From NCBI RefSeq assembly GCF_006345805.1, contig NC_043000.1:103416001-103480000 (forward strand): a DNA stretch of 64,000 bases, read 5' to 3'. Source of the DNA: Octopus sinensis (lineage: Eukaryota). Positions 14,176-29,789 of the stretch are shown in pieces (positions within the stretch are counted from its first letter, which is position 1; each line of letters begins with the position of its first letter). The notes below the pieces were generated by a model. The model saw nothing but the letters and a program-made list of their open reading frames with translations, was not told the origin of the DNA and searched no databases. A program made the position numbers and the translations under genes.

Positions 14176-16175
14176 TATTAATAAGAAGCAACAATAACAT
14201 AGATTTTCACAAGTAATGCCTAGTTCTTCAATTTTATATTAGCTATAATATTGATAATTACCAATGACTCGATCAATATATTATTGCAATTATTTCATGA
14301 ATGGTGCAGGTAGGAATCGTGTGAATTTACTACATTTACTTCCCGTTGGAAATAAATATAGTAAAAAATAAGATAAGTAAATACGATAATGCATTTAGTT
14401 CATCGCTTCACCATATATATTAAAGCATTGCTGTCAGGATGAATATTATTAATACTCTTAATGAGCCACAGTTCACTACAAACAGCGGCCAAATTACTTG
14501 CAATTTTAACTGTACTGACGTAAAAAGAATACAACGGACATATTGGATAATGTATGACCTGGTTGGGTATCTTTCATCATAATTTTGTTTGATCATAGTG
14601 TTTCTCGTCAAAAGAACAATAGAAATAGCTGCAGCAGCAATAGCAAAAGCTGCCGCCGTTGCTGTTGTTGTACTTTGTGTTATCCTAACCATTAATCGTA
14701 GAATTGACAGCTCAGTTATGTTGTGAGGAAAGTGTAACAAACTATCAGCTCATGCAGTGTAGGATGAATATTTCCTTTGAGAAATTAGTTACCCAACCCC
14801 GTACCCACATTACATTATCCTATTGGTGAGATCGATGCAGGTGGTGTTCAGGTTAAATATTTGGCAATAGACGTGGACCGAAAAATTGAGGACGGAGAGA
14901 GAATTCTAGAAGTGATAAAAATTCTAAACAGAAAGTTTTTAGAAGGTGGTCTCTGAGGAAATGGAGTAGAATTTGCAAGTGGTGGAGGATGAAAAGTAAA
15001 AAGATGAACTTGACCAGTCTACTGGACTGGACGAGTCGGCTGGATTGGACCAATCGGCTGGACCCGTCGTGGAAAAGGTGCTCCTTCAGATAGGATCTCT
15101 AGAAAAGCAAAGCCTATAACAAACGTTTCGAAATATCTTTCAGGAAAATTCGTCATTCTTTAATTGAACGAATGAATGTAAGGGAATTTTCCAGCGATAG
15201 ACCACCTCCTAGCTACAGGGAATGTTTTTGATATAACTACATCACAATCAACTCTTGTGTAAAGATTATTGTTTCAGAACTGATATTTATTTAACCAGCT
15301 TTCTTTCTGTAGGCGGATTGCATTGGTTTTTTTTTTATTTACTGACGCACAGCATTCTGTATGTTTGATTACAACAATAAAAAGTATTGATATACTATGA
15401 GATTAAAAAACAAAATTACTTTATTTGTTTTATGTAAGTTAACAAATGTGATATTTATAGCATTAAAAAAAAGCATTCCACTCAACTGTAAATTATTTTC
15501 GACTTCAATTTTGCTTTTTATTCAGTGTACATAAGTATGAAGTTTAGCACACAAAAAATAAATAAAAACACGTCAAGAAAAACAACTTCAATTAAAAGAA
15601 ATATTTAAAAAACTGTTGAGGCTTGATAGGCAGGCTGACTTGTGACAAACGAACGCCCAACGCTACCGGAACTTCACACTATGTTAGCGGATGTTTAACA
15701 AATTGATGCGGCTTCGGTGTAACATATAAATAATACATAAATCATGATATATGTTTTGTATTTATATATTAATATGTGTGAATGATGTGAACGAAAAAGG
15801 TAATAGGAATGTATACAAGTTCATTATATATATGTTTGTGTATCTGGTTATGTGTGTGTGTGTGTTTACATTAAATTATATATATATATTATATGTATGT
15901 AATGTTTTATACGTGCAGACATGGCTGTGTGGTTAAGAAGCTCTGTATGCAACCACATGGTCCTGTGTTCAGTTCCACTTCGAGGCATCTTAGTCAACCA
16001 ATTTGAATAAATTTGGTAGCTGGAAACTGTGAAAGCCCGTTGTTAGTACTTGACAAATGTTGGGCAGTTTTTAAGATAAGTACCGGGATCGATTTATTTG
16101 ACTAAACCTTTCAAGATGGTGCCCCAGCCCCAAAATGACTAAATCAAGTAATAAAAGATATATATATATATATAT

Positions 16176-16207
<32 letters not shown>

Positions 16208-16324
16208 ATACAGGCTAGATAATAACCAAAGTACCGCTCAGAGGGATCAGGTTTTTAAACTCTAACTTCCTCATCGGGATGTGGTACTCCCATGTATCCT
16301 TCCTTATGATGATGGAGAGATCTG

Positions 16325-16560
16325 AGTACTCCACAGACACGTGTACCCTTAATGTAGTTCTCAGGGAGATTCAACGTGGCACAGAGTGTGACAAGGCTGG
16401 CCCTTTGAAATGCGGGTACTACTCATCTCAGCCAGCTGAGTAGACAGAAGCAGCGTCAAATGAAATGTCTCGATCAAGGACACAACGCATCGCCAGGAAT
16501 TGAACTCACAACCTTACGATCATGAGCTGAATACCCTAACAGCTAAATCACGTGACTTCA
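16325..16560 (-). mobile_element. SINE family C (tRNA-like head, ttgtgtccttga.c.agacact core); related fragments at ~11010-11200 and ~59700-59928
   Basis: Shared reverse-strand head ...tagggt.ttc.gctca.gatcgtaagg..gtg.gttc.attcctgg...gcgttgtgt.cttg among the three copies. Confidence 0.75.
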
Positions 16561-16776
16561 CAATATATATTACTAAAATTAACAAGTCATTTGCAGATAG
16601 TTCAAATAACTCGGTTACAAGAGTATTTAATCCGTAATCCTAATCTGACTTAATCTTCGGTTCCTGTCTTGCTATTGAAATTATCACTAATCAAAATTTC
16701 TATAGTTGAAACTATTTAGAGAGTACAACAGAAAAGGATATTTCGGTCACAAATATGGATATCGATGCTAATCAAT

Positions 16777-16829
<53 letters not shown>

Positions 16830-17274
16830 ACATATATAAAAACGTAGACGTGGGTATAGGAGCCAGCCTGACTTTATAGGCTCTGGTATGGCTATGTGGT
16901 TGAGGAGCTCGCTTCCCAACCAAGCAGCCTTGCGTTCAGTTCCGCTATGCAGCATCTTGAACAAGTGTCTTCTACTTTAATGCCAGGGCAAGCCGAACCT
17001 AGTGTGCGGATTTGCTAGGCGGAAACTAACAGAAGCCCGTTGCATATATTATCTTTTTTTATCTTTTACTTGTTTCAGTTATTAAACTGCGGCCGCACTG
17101 GGGCACCGCCTTGAGGCGCTATTAGTCATATGAACCGACCCCACTACTTATTTTTTTGAAGCCTGGAATTCATTCTATCGGTTTATTTTACTGAACGAGG
17201 ACATAAACATAACAACATCAGCTGTCAAGCAGTGGAGGGGGATAAACACGCGCGCGCACAGACACCCCCTATTC

Positions 17275-17612
17275 TTTTATTCTTTTTCTTGTTTCAGTCA
17301 TTTGACTGCAGCCATGCTGGAGCGCCGCCTTAACGGGTTTTAGTCGAAGAAATCGACCCCAGGACTTATTCTTTGTAAGCCTAGTACTTATTCTATCAGT
17401 CTTTTTTGCCGAACCGCTAGGTTACGGTGACATAAACACACCGACATTGGTTGTTAAGCGACGGTAGGGTGGGGGTGGGGGACAAACACAGACACAAAAC
17501 CACACATAAATATATATTCCTGATATTTATATACGACGGGCTTCTTTCAGTTTCTGTCTTCCAAATCCACTCACAAGGCTTTGGTCGGCTCGAGGCTATA
17601 GTAGAAGGCACT
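17275..17612 (-). mobile_element. SINE family A, 5'-truncated
   Basis: Aligns to the family consensus from the tail to gtagaagg(a)cactt. Confidence 0.85.
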
Positions 17613-18238
17613 TGTTCTAGTGAAGATGCGATCAGACACGCCCATATGTACATACACTTCATCATTCATTACCTGTATATACTAGTTCTTATACACTGCG
17701 TTCACAATACTCATACGAAAACTGTAGAAAACACTGGAAGCGCACACATGCACACAGATCAGTATCACACAGACACGCACAAACAAACATACATACATAC
17801 ATGCATACACAAACAAGCGTACACATAATTTACACGCAATCTGCACACTTCTCAGCTTTTCCCGTAAACATTAACACATGCACACACAAGGTTGAATATT
17901 CCTAGGCATACACCGATATATGCACACGGGCACACACATAACTTAAATTTATTTTCTTCATTGTTCCTATACGTATGGAACCTTCATCATTCTCTGTCAC
18001 AACCAGTCTTTCCACCTCAAGACATATCCTCGTTACTCACGCATTTTTCTTTCTTTCCTCTACAGTTTTTCCTTTTAAATATCTTTCTGAAAAAAATCTT
18101 AAACTCGAAACGTCAAACATACTTCTATTTTTCTTTAATCTCTCAATGAGCGTCAACCCAATAATTACACATTATTTTCATTGCTTTCTTTGTTGTTATT
18201 CGCGTCGTTAATTTTGAACACTAAACATACATACATAC

Positions 18239-18283
<45 letters not shown>

Positions 18284-18384
18284 CACACACACACACACAT
18301 AAGAGAAGGAAAGTGGAAGTTAAAAGTCTGTTTATTCCCGAGGATCGTTTCGGCCGTCATGCACTGGTAACTTGTAGGTGAGAT

Positions 18385-19490
18385 GCTGTGCAAATATTTA
18401 TGCTGTCTTATCTTGTAACAGCATTCACTCGGGAGGGGTTAAGCCGGTTTCTCTTGAGTTCACCGCGTTACGAGTCAAAGCAGTCCATGTACGTCTGTCG
18501 ACGGCCGATTTTGCAGTGTGCTGAAGCCATTCCCAGTTCCAGCGACGAACGCCAAAGACTCGGGGGTCGAAAACGAGGTCCATATCTACTTTGACTGTTG
18601 TGAGCCACGTCTTCAGCTGACCACCTATTCGCTCACACCAACCCGGGGGAGGATTTGGTGCTATTGCCTTCCAGACGAGCTCGTCATGAGGGCGCCACAA
18701 CGCGTGACGAAACCACCGTAGTTTCCTCGCCAGAAGAGTTCCCTCAAGCGGTGTGAAACCGCAACGAGCGTAAAGTTGGCGATTCGAAAAGCAGTCTGAG
18801 ATACGCAGTCGAAGAAGACGACAAATATAGAAGCGATTGAAGACCTCCAGCTTCTGGAGATCAGCAACACACATTGGACAGGTCTCACAACCATAGAAGA
18901 GAACCGTTTTCAGACAAGCACCAGGTAAATACGGCATTTCATCGCCATGCGGATCTCCTGACGCAACCACAAGGACTTATGGAGACAGCAGACGGCCTAC
19001 CGCGTGCTATTGATCCGAATGGAGATCTTGTCCTTCTGCTGGTCAGTGGCGGTAAATGTGAATCCGAGATATGTGAACTCCTCAATCTCCTCCACAGCAT
19101 CTCCATCAAAATGAATAATGACCTTGGAGGAGGGGCTATGTTAGCTGAGAAGACCTTCGTTTTCGAGATGTTGGTCTTCATTTTATAACTCTTGCGGAGA
19201 CGAAGTTTATCCCATCAAGAGCGCATTGGATGTGGCCATAGGACTCCTCTAGAATAGCAACGTCGTCGATTTAGTCAAGGTCATTGACCGAGAAATCACG
19301 TCTTACTCTGGCCCCGGAGAGACCATCTAGACCTTGGTTGAGTATCTAATCGATGACGAAATAGAAAAGAGTGGGCGATAGAACACAACCTTGGCGAGCA
19401 CCCGTCTGAACGGTAAAGAAATCGGACTCCTCACCATAGCACCGTACTCTGGTTCTCGTATGGACATAATACCAGAAACTATATTTGTGG
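18385..19490 (-). mobile_element. RTE-clade LINE, 3' part of the RT ORF, decayed
   Basis: VQTGARQGCVLSPTLF, DLD*IDDVA (YADD region), MKTNISKTKV, VLFYGCET, LRWFRH and GGQLKTW motifs typical of RTE RT C-termini. Confidence 0.85.
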
Positions 19491-19857
19491 TGCATGTTAT
19501 ATATCTATATATTTATGCATACATATATATGTGAACATCAATACTTCTATACATGACACATGCACACGTGTATATAAAAACATTGTGTGTGTATGTGTGC
19601 GTTTGTGTTGCATTTGCGTGTGTGTACAAAGAAAGGAAGAGAGAGAGAGAGAGAGAGTGAGAGAGAGAGAGATTGGGTGTGAGATGTCTGGAAAGTCTTT
19701 TAAATGTAAAGCTGCAGGAATGTACACACGCACAAAACCCAGTATTTGTAAATTTATGCGTGGACACCATTTTTTTTTTACCTAAGTAGATGTGCGTATA
19801 TGTATTTGTGCGTTTACGTACATCTCAGTTTTTGCATGTGTATGGACGTGTATATAT

Positions 19858-20340
<483 letters not shown>

Positions 20341-20682
20341 TATGCAAGTATTTTATTTTTTTTTTTTTTGTGTGTGGTTGAGTTTTTTATGCGCGTCTTC
20401 TTTTGGTATTTCGTTAGGAGCCGACTGAGATATTTCGATTTTGATGAAATATTTAGAAGAGTTGTTTCATAAAACAACAAAAGGTTGCTTGATCTGATTC
20501 ATTCTAAATTAATTTATATACTAATTGGTTTTTATCACGTCATTGTTTTCATTTCCATGACATTCGCACAATAATTAGCATATATTTCCTCCTTTTCCGA
20601 AATGACATATCACTTAAGCTCTCGTCTCTCAAGTTAATTGTTTGGCACCGTCTGGGATACACATACATATATACATACATCA

Positions 20683-20722
<40 letters not shown>

Positions 20723-21681
20723 GCATGCATTCACACATGCATACACACATGTATATATATATATATATATATATATACGTGTGTGTGTATGTATGTATGC
20801 ATGCATGCATGCATGCATGTATGTATGTATGTATGTATGTATGTATGCATGCATGCATGCATGTATGTATGTATGTATGTATGTATGTATGTGTTTCTGT
20901 GCGCGTGCGTGTGCGTGTTCATGTGTGAATAGATATTTACACACACACACACATATATAGCTACAGCTATATAGAGAAAGAGAGGGAGAGCCGGAGAGAC
21001 AGAGAAGAAGGAGATGGAAAGAAAGAAAGAAAAAAGAAAGAAAGAAAGAAAGAAAGAAAGAAGGAAATAAAGAAAAGAAAAAGAAGGAAGGTGAGCGATA
21101 GGCCGCGGGATAAACTCTTATATTCACCTATATATGCTAATATATTGACTTCTTTTACTCGCTCCAGGATACACGCACTCACGTACACACGCGCGCTCAC
21201 ATACGTACGCATTCACACTTATACGCACATAAACCTCTATTGATGCACATGCAATGAAATTGTTTACCGAGTGAATATTTCACGCTCACCGTCTCCGTTT
21301 TCTTTATTCTTATAATTTATTTTTATTTTGTCAGGTTACACTTAAAACAAAGAAAAAAAAAAAGCAAGAATAAAGTTTCTTTGAGGCCAGTTTTTGGGGT
21401 CAAGTATTTGGTTTTATTCTCACTTCCACCATTTCATTTCCTGTTTTGAATGTTTTGTTAATATTGGTATTGGACAAACTTATTCAATACATGTTCTTTT
21501 CTTTTTTTCTTATTTCGACCCCAGGATTTATTTTTTTGTAAGCCTAGTACTTACTCTATTGGTCTGTTTTGTCGAACTGCTAAGGTACAGGAATGTAAAC
21601 ACACCAACATCGGTTGTCACGCGACGGTAAAGGCAAACACACACACACATAAATATATACATATATATACACACACACACA

Positions 21682-21738
<57 letters not shown>

Positions 21739-21899
21739 ATGGGCATCTTTCAGCTACCGTATATAATTATGTGAAATGTAAAGGTATCCTCGACGAGATC
21801 TAAGCCCAGATTGTAAAGGCCGGAACAAATGCCATAAGGTACTTTACGAGACACTCTATCGATTCTGCCAATCCATTACCCATAATAATTTCTTATATA

Positions 21900-23010
21900 G
21901 GAACAGGGCCACAAATTTGTAAGAAGAGAATAGTCGAATGACTCACTTTCAGCACTTGGTTGGTACTTTATTTTGTCGATCTAGAAGATTGAAAATCAAA
22001 GTTAACGTTGAAAGGATTTGAACTCAGATCATATCACTCAAACCCTCTAGAGTAAAAATTGTTTTTCATTGAGGCAAACCGTCAGCAATGTGAAAGTGAA
22101 GCAGTTAGTCGATTATATCGCCCTCAGTACTTAACTGAATGTTTATCTAAGCGACCTCGTTAAGATGAAAGGCAAAGCTGCCCTTACTTCATTTCAACTT
22201 AAAAAGAACTGAAGAAGCCGAAGTACTGCAAGTCATCTAGTCTGACAAATTCTGTCAATCAATCGCTTCAATATTTTTTCTTTCTAATTTATGCACAAGA
22301 CCAGCAGTGTTTACTGGAAAGGGGAGTCACTCAATACCAGTTACCCCAGAATATGACTGGTACATTATTTCACTTAATAGATAAAAGTCAAAGTTGACCT
22401 CGGCGTGATTTGAACATGGAGCATTAAGGGGATTACGCACATTAATTACATACTGCAACGCATCTTATCTGACACAATACAGAACTACTGCCTTTGCAAA
22501 ACTAGCAATAATGGCTTTAAAATTTGGAACAAGGCCGGCAAGTTAGGGGAATGGGGTGAGTCGGTTACATCGACCCCCAGGACCCAACTGGTACTTATTC
22601 TATCGACTCCGGAAGTATGAAAAAAAAAGATCTCGGTAGGATTTGGACTCAGAAGGTAAAGAGGAATGAAATGTTGCTAAGCATTTGGACCGACGTGTTA
22701 ATGATTCCGCCAGATCGCCAGTGGGTGTTCAATGGTAATAATAACGCTTACATATGAGGACATAAGGTTACACATAACTAGTGTTAGAGAAACAGATGGA
22801 CTGTATATAATTTTCGAAATGGCTGAGTCGGTTGATCGTCGAAAAAGATCCCTGACAATATTCGTTCTAATTGTTTATCTTCTGGGTTCAAGTCCTACCG
22901 GTGTCAACTGCACATTTCATCCTTTCGAGTTCGATAAAATTAAGTGCCAGTCGAGTGTACTAGAATCAATCTATTTGTTTAATCTGGTCCCCACCAAAAT
23001 AATTGCTAGT
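21900..23010. mobile_element. Cluster of 4-5 old family B SINE copies
   Basis: Repeated gactggtacttattt.atcgacc..gaaaggatgaaaggcaaagt-like blocks at about 21950, 22130, 22350, 22590 (minus) and 22900 (plus). Confidence 0.7.
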
Positions 23011-23192
23011 CCTGAACATAAATCAGACGCCATTAGTTCCTTAGCGGAGCTACGGATGCAGTAGGAACTGAAACTCAATCGCCGACTCGGCTCTCTCGAA
23101 CCTACCTATTCTATGACGCTTGACATATACAACCGCATGCGTTAATGCACGCATACATTACACAGATACGCATCTATAAATACTTGCTTTAC

Positions 23193-23287
23193 CTCTTCAT
23201 CTCCTGATGGAGTCATAGAGATACCGTCAGGATATACAGCGTGTTCGGGGCATTTTAAAACCCGAGGGAGCTCGTCCTTCTCCAGAT
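23193..23287 (-). CDS. Possible isolated 95-bp coding exon (DLEKDELPRVLKCPEHAVYPDGISMTPSGDEE)
   Basis: Open, GC-richer unique island with ctcAG| acceptor and GAG|GTAAAG donor; weak pyrimidine tract, no recognised homology. Confidence 0.2.
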
Positions 23288-23302
23288 CTGAGTGCAGCAA
23301 GC

Positions 23303-23318
23303 TTCATCATCATCATCG

Positions 23319-23362
<44 letters not shown>

Positions 23363-23442
23363 TTCTTCTTCTTCTTCTTCTTCTTCTTCTTCTTCTTCTT
23401 CTTCTTCTTCTTCTTCTTCTTCTTCTTCTTCTCCCCCTTCTT

Positions 23443-23475
<33 letters not shown>
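23303..23475. repeat. (CAT)n-(CTT)n-(GA)n compound microsatellite
   Basis: Directly visible. Confidence 0.97.
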
Positions 23476-23479
<4 letters not shown>

Positions 23480-23599
23480 ATCGACCCTAGCATTTACTTG
23501 ATTAACATTTTTATTTAAAAATCTAGAAAAGATGAAAAGGTAATCTCTGAAAGATTTGAACATAGAATTATTGTACCAGAATTATTGAAATCAGAATAT

Positions 23600-24135
23600 G
23601 TACCAATTTGACTTCATCAAAATACGACAGAATTTGGATTCTTGGGAAAAGTACGTAGCTTCGTAATTGATATACTATCGATGATCAAAATATCTGGAAC
23701 AGGGAAAATCTGCGAAACCTTCTTTAAAATAGCCACCAAGTTAAAACACAACCGGCCAGATAATGTATGAGATCACAAAGAAAAGATATGTTCTGTTGTG
23801 AATGTGGTTAGAAAAATACAAGAGAAAGAAGACATCTATGGACTATTGATAAGGAGTTTGCAAATACAGTAGTCAAGACACACTTTCAGTTTGATATCTG
23901 TTATTAAGCAACGGCATACATACCAGCCCCTTCTGGAGCAAAGTATGGCCGAACTTGGGATCTTAGGCAGAGAATACAAATCCTTAATTCATATGCTACA
24001 AATAATCACATATCTGGGACTATAAGAATCTGCAGGGCCTTCTTTGGATTTAAAGAATGATGGTTAAAAGATATTTTCCATCACAACCTTGCTATCAAGT
24101 AGGTTGCCGATCAAAATTTACTCTAAAATTAAAGA
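23600..24135 (+). mobile_element. RLE-type (early-branching) non-LTR element 3' fragment, decayed
   Basis: KLKHNRPDNV, KIQEKEDIYGLLIRSLQ; the 3' part is homologous to 53700-53915. Confidence 0.5.
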
Positions 24136-24255
24136 GAAAGAGAAGAACGAACATACACACATGCATACATACATACATACATACATTTATACATGCATAT
24201 ATACATACATACATACATACATACATACATACATACATACATACATACATACATG

Positions 24256-24486
24256 TTTCTTTATTACCCACAAGGGGTTAAACATAGAGGGGACAAACAA
24301 GGACAGACAAACGGATTAAGTCGATTACATCGACCCCAGTGCGTAACTGGTACTTAAATTATCGATCCCGAAAGGATGAAAGGCAAAGTCAACCTCGGCG
24401 GAATTTGAACTCAGAACGTAACGGCAGACAAAATACGACTACGCGTTTCGCCCGGCTCGCTAACGATTCTGCCAGCTCGCCGCCTT
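24256..24486 (-). mobile_element. SINE family B (tRNA-like head ggcggcgagctggcagaa...gagttcaaattccgccgaggtcgac)
   Basis: Near-identical to the copies at 40191 and 41538. Confidence 0.9.
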
Positions 24487-24807
24487 CATACATACATACA
24501 TACATACATACATACATTACATAGCCTTGTTTACGAAACTAGGAGTACATTTTCATGTCACGTATTTACGTATTTTAATATACCTCGTTTCTTTCCGCCG
24601 GATCTGACGTCATAATTACGAGTGAAGTTTGACATTCTTGTCTTCGTCTTTAACAGTTTCTGTGATATTTACATTATTTTTTCTTAACAAGTTGATAGTT
24701 ATCTGCTTTATAGACGATGTCATAAATATCCGGCTGCTGCTAAAACCTCGTTTAAATCATTGAAAAAAAAAATATCAATTCGAAATCTACCACACCTCCT
24801 TTTTTTA

Positions 24808-25600
<793 letters not shown>

Positions 25601-26295
25601 TCTATCTTTATCGTCTATTCCCCCGCTCTTTCACCTACTCTGTTTCACTCCTACCTCTCCCTATCTCTCTTATTACTCTCACACTCTCTCACAATAATTT
25701 CCGTCTACCAGCTTACGAAACCGTCAATTTTTCTTTTCCCTCTCTTAAATTCCCTACGAAAATATCTCTTTCGTCTAAAACAGCAATGTAGTGCGATGTG
25801 GGGTTTGGAGAGAAGATATATTATTGCCAGCAAGGCCAGATAGTCGTATCCTAAAAGAACCGAGTGATCCAGATAAATCAAAATGCTGAACACCACATGA
25901 CGCCGGTAAAATTTACAGTGTGTCTTAGTGCAAAAAGAGAGAGAGAGAAAAAAAAAGCCAAAACGGCGGAGAAGAATAAGAAAAGAAAAAAGAAAAAATA
26001 AACACAACAACAACAACAAAAACAATGATAGCAACAGCAACGAAGATGTAATAGCTGGGAAGGCATTACGAATTCAATATTATTTACAACAACGACATTT
26101 CGCGTAGATGTGTTTTTGAGAATGATGGCTGCGATGAATGGAGAAGACGTCAGAAAAATATACAAGCTGAAACGTCGGCAGTTTCAACAGGGCCCCTATA
26201 ATTGTCGCCCCGCCTCGCCCTGCGTCATTTACGGGTCTCGTCGTAGTAAAAGTTCGTGTGATTTTACTTGGTTTACCCTTTAAATACATGCACAT

Positions 26296-26536
26296 ACTCT
26301 TTTACTCTTTTACTCTTTTACTTGTTTCAGTCATTTGACTGCAGCCATGCTGGAGCACCGCCTTTAGTCGAGCAAATCGACCCCCAGGACTTATTCTTTG
26401 TAAGCCTAGTACTTATTCTATCGGTCTCTTTTGCCGAACCGCTAAGTTACGGGGACGTAAATACACCAGCCACGGTTGTCAAGCGATGTGGGGTGGGGTG
26501 GGGGACAAACACAGACACACACATACATATACACAC

Positions 26537-26575
<39 letters not shown>

Positions 26576-26709
26576 CGACGGGCTTCTTTCAGTTTCGTCT
26601 ACCAAATCCACTCACAAGGCTTTGGTCGGCCCGAGTGCCACGCAGTGGGACTGAACCCAGAACCATGTGGTTGGTAAGCAAGCTACTTACCACACAGCTA
26701 CTCCTGTGC
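26296..26709 (-). mobile_element. SINE family A, ~27-bp deletion in the core
   Basis: Junction ggcccgag|tgccacgc lacks the gctatagtagaagacacttgcccaagg present in other copies. Confidence 0.9.
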
Positions 26710-28353
26710 ACGTAGACACACACACTGATACAAGCGCCCATCAACTGTCTCACTTTCGTTCACTCACATGCACACACTCACATACCACACACGCACACAC
26801 TTACACACACACACACACACAGCCATTATACGCATATACTTTATATACAAAACTTTATACGTGCATATACTCTTAGAGTCATACTGTCACACACAAGTGG
26901 AAAGACAAAAATCACAAACCACACATAAAGTGTATTGTATGAATCAAATTCATATTAAGTATCAATGTGTGTGTGTGTATTTGCGTGCTTGTGCGCTCGC
27001 GCGTGCGTACATTAATAAAAAGCTGTTACTCCATCGGGTTTCATAACATCCGGCTTCTTCGAACCGGGCACCATTCATCGGATCCCAAGAAGACGCAAAA
27101 TCAAAGTGATATAATGCTGAGCACAAGGAAGAAAACATTTGAATTTCTATGTGACTCGTTATCGTCGTCATCATCACAACTACCACCACCACCATCTTCG
27201 CTACCACTACCACCATCATCATTACCATAATCGTCATTATTGTTGTCATCGTCATCATCATCATCAACATCGTCATCATCGTCGTCATCATCCTTGTCAT
27301 TGCTGTCGTCATCATCATCATCAGTAACAGCAGCAGCGTCGTCGTCGTTGTCGTCATCATCATCATCAGCAGCAGCAGCATCGTCATCATCATCAGCAGC
27401 AGCAACAGCATCGTCATCGTTGTCATCATCATCATTATCATCATCAGCAGCAGCAGCCTCGTCGTCGTCGTCATCATTTTATCGTCCACTTTCTCAAGCT
27501 TGTATGGATCAGACAGAATTCGTTCAGGCAGATTTCCCACATCCGGCTTCCCTTCCTGCCACTAACCACTACTTATTTTCAAGCAGAGTAATATTTCATC
27601 TTGTCTGGACATGTTTCCACGGAAGATGGGAAATTAACAAACGCCGCTTGTACAACAACACAGCTCGTTTACAAACATCGTGCCATGTCATGACAAGGGG
27701 GATAGAAATTCCTACCAGCTGATAAAAGAAACTGCTGTGAGTTTAATGCCAAAACAAACAGAAGTACCGATAGACTGTCTCCTTGGAATAGCGAGCGTGT
27801 GTGTGCGCGTGCGTGCGTGTGTGTGCGCGTGCGTGCGTGTGTGTGCGCGTGCGTGCGTGTGTGTGTGTGTGTATATGTGCATGCTTGCGTGCATTTATGT
27901 ATATTTCTGAGTGCGTTTTACTATTTTTGTGTATTAGCTTAATATGTATTTACGCTTGCGCGTGTATGTACGTGTGTATGTATGCTCGTGAATATGTATT
28001 TATGTTTGTGTGTTTGCATATGTATGTATATATGTATGTATGCGTTTGTGTATTTTTGTGAGAGATAATGCGTATATGATGTATTCTTGTGTGTATGTAT
28101 TCATGTATGTATGTGCTTCAGTTCTAATTGATGTATGTGCTTCGTTTCAACATATCGTATTGAACACTCAGTCAAGCGCACTTATACTATGCATTTGGTC
28201 AGTGGTTGCTGCACACATGTCGCTACCATAGTCTTATTTACAGGCTAAATAGTTCGGAGAAAATAATTTTATTTTTGGCTGTGTCTATTGCCATTTTAAC
28301 GTGGGTGTTTGGGTGTTCTTTAAGAGACGACGATACAGCTATTTTAACTCCAG

Positions 28354-28483
28354 GAAGACATCTCCTCCAGTTGGTTTATTCAGTGCGCTTTCCGTGTCCG
28401 ATATTTACTGCATCCTAGCTTTGAGACCACCACTTGATTTCGGTCTTATTGGATCTCTTCGGTGGCGGACACTCATTTGCCAG
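28354..28483 (+). CDS. Possible isolated 130-bp exon
   Basis: ttttaactccAG| acceptor, CAG|GTATGG donor and one open frame (KTSPPVGLFS...TLICQ); no recognised homology. Confidence 0.15.
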
Positions 28484-29260
28484 GTATGGCAGTAGTTTAA
28501 CCTCGTTTGCAATATATAGAAAATACAGTGTCATACAATCACTGATTTTGTAAGTAGGAAACTAGTCCGTTAGAAACAAACATTAACAATGAACGCTTAT
28601 TCAAAGCAATAGCCCATTTCTATATTGTGAATGGATTTGGTAGATGCAAACTGAAAGAAATTCACACCAGCTTTAAAACTTGTCTCAGATGAGCGGATGA
28701 TGATAAATAAGAACTGACCAGAACACCCAACCAGAACAACTGACAAAAACAAGTAAAGAAACGCTCCACGTTCAGTTACAGATACAACACAATAAATACA
28801 AGTATTACATATTAAAAATACATAACCCTCACAAAGTTTATTGTGTGAATTAAACACATATCAAGCATAAAAAAAAGCATTATAAAGAATTTTATAGAAA
28901 ACAATACAACTTGTATTACACCAAAACCTTAACTAACTTAATGATATACAACAAAGACGCTAAAATTCAAATGCTTATCAAAAGCAAATGACAAGCTTTT
29001 AAACTCGTGATCAAGCCACTAATGAACAATGTGACTTAATCGGTTATGAGCATGGAAGTTGTAAACTACAGGATTCCAACTGTTATATTGGTCAGATAAT
29101 TATGATATACGCTTGCCAACTCACCATGAACTTACAAGAGTAATTGCAAATCCAGTTTATCATGCAATTATAAGTTGAATGTAAAAGAAAAACATGAGTA
29201 ATGAATACTTCTACAAGCTATAAAATCGGGTCTCTCTCTACACACACACCGCCCCCCCCC

Positions 29261-29299
<39 letters not shown>

Positions 29300-29789
29300 T
29301 TGATAAAACAATTGTAGTATTATGCAATAAAATGTATTGCTCATTCCATTCTCCTTGTTAATATATGTATATATGTATGTATGTGTGTATGTATGTATGT
29401 ACGTACGTACGTACATACATATGTATGCTTGTATGTATGTGTGTGTAAATGTAGTAGATAAGGGAGAATTAATAAATCCGAGCAACCTCGGGATAATCTC
29501 TAATGGAGTATATATACGCAGACTGTTTAACTTAAACTGTCTTTACAATCTGAAATTCCAGGGCAGAGTAAATACATTAAGTCAAAAAATGGAATTTATC
29601 TTATTACATTTAATTCTTTCGCTACGCATGTTTCGGCACCACATAGAATATACATTTCATGTGCCCCAGCATGGCCGCAGTCTAATGACTGAAACAATAA
29701 AAATAAAAATAAATATTAATATTAATGGATTTGTGGTATTATAACATAATTCATGTAAACTATGCACATCTCATCAGTCAAAAGTTCAA

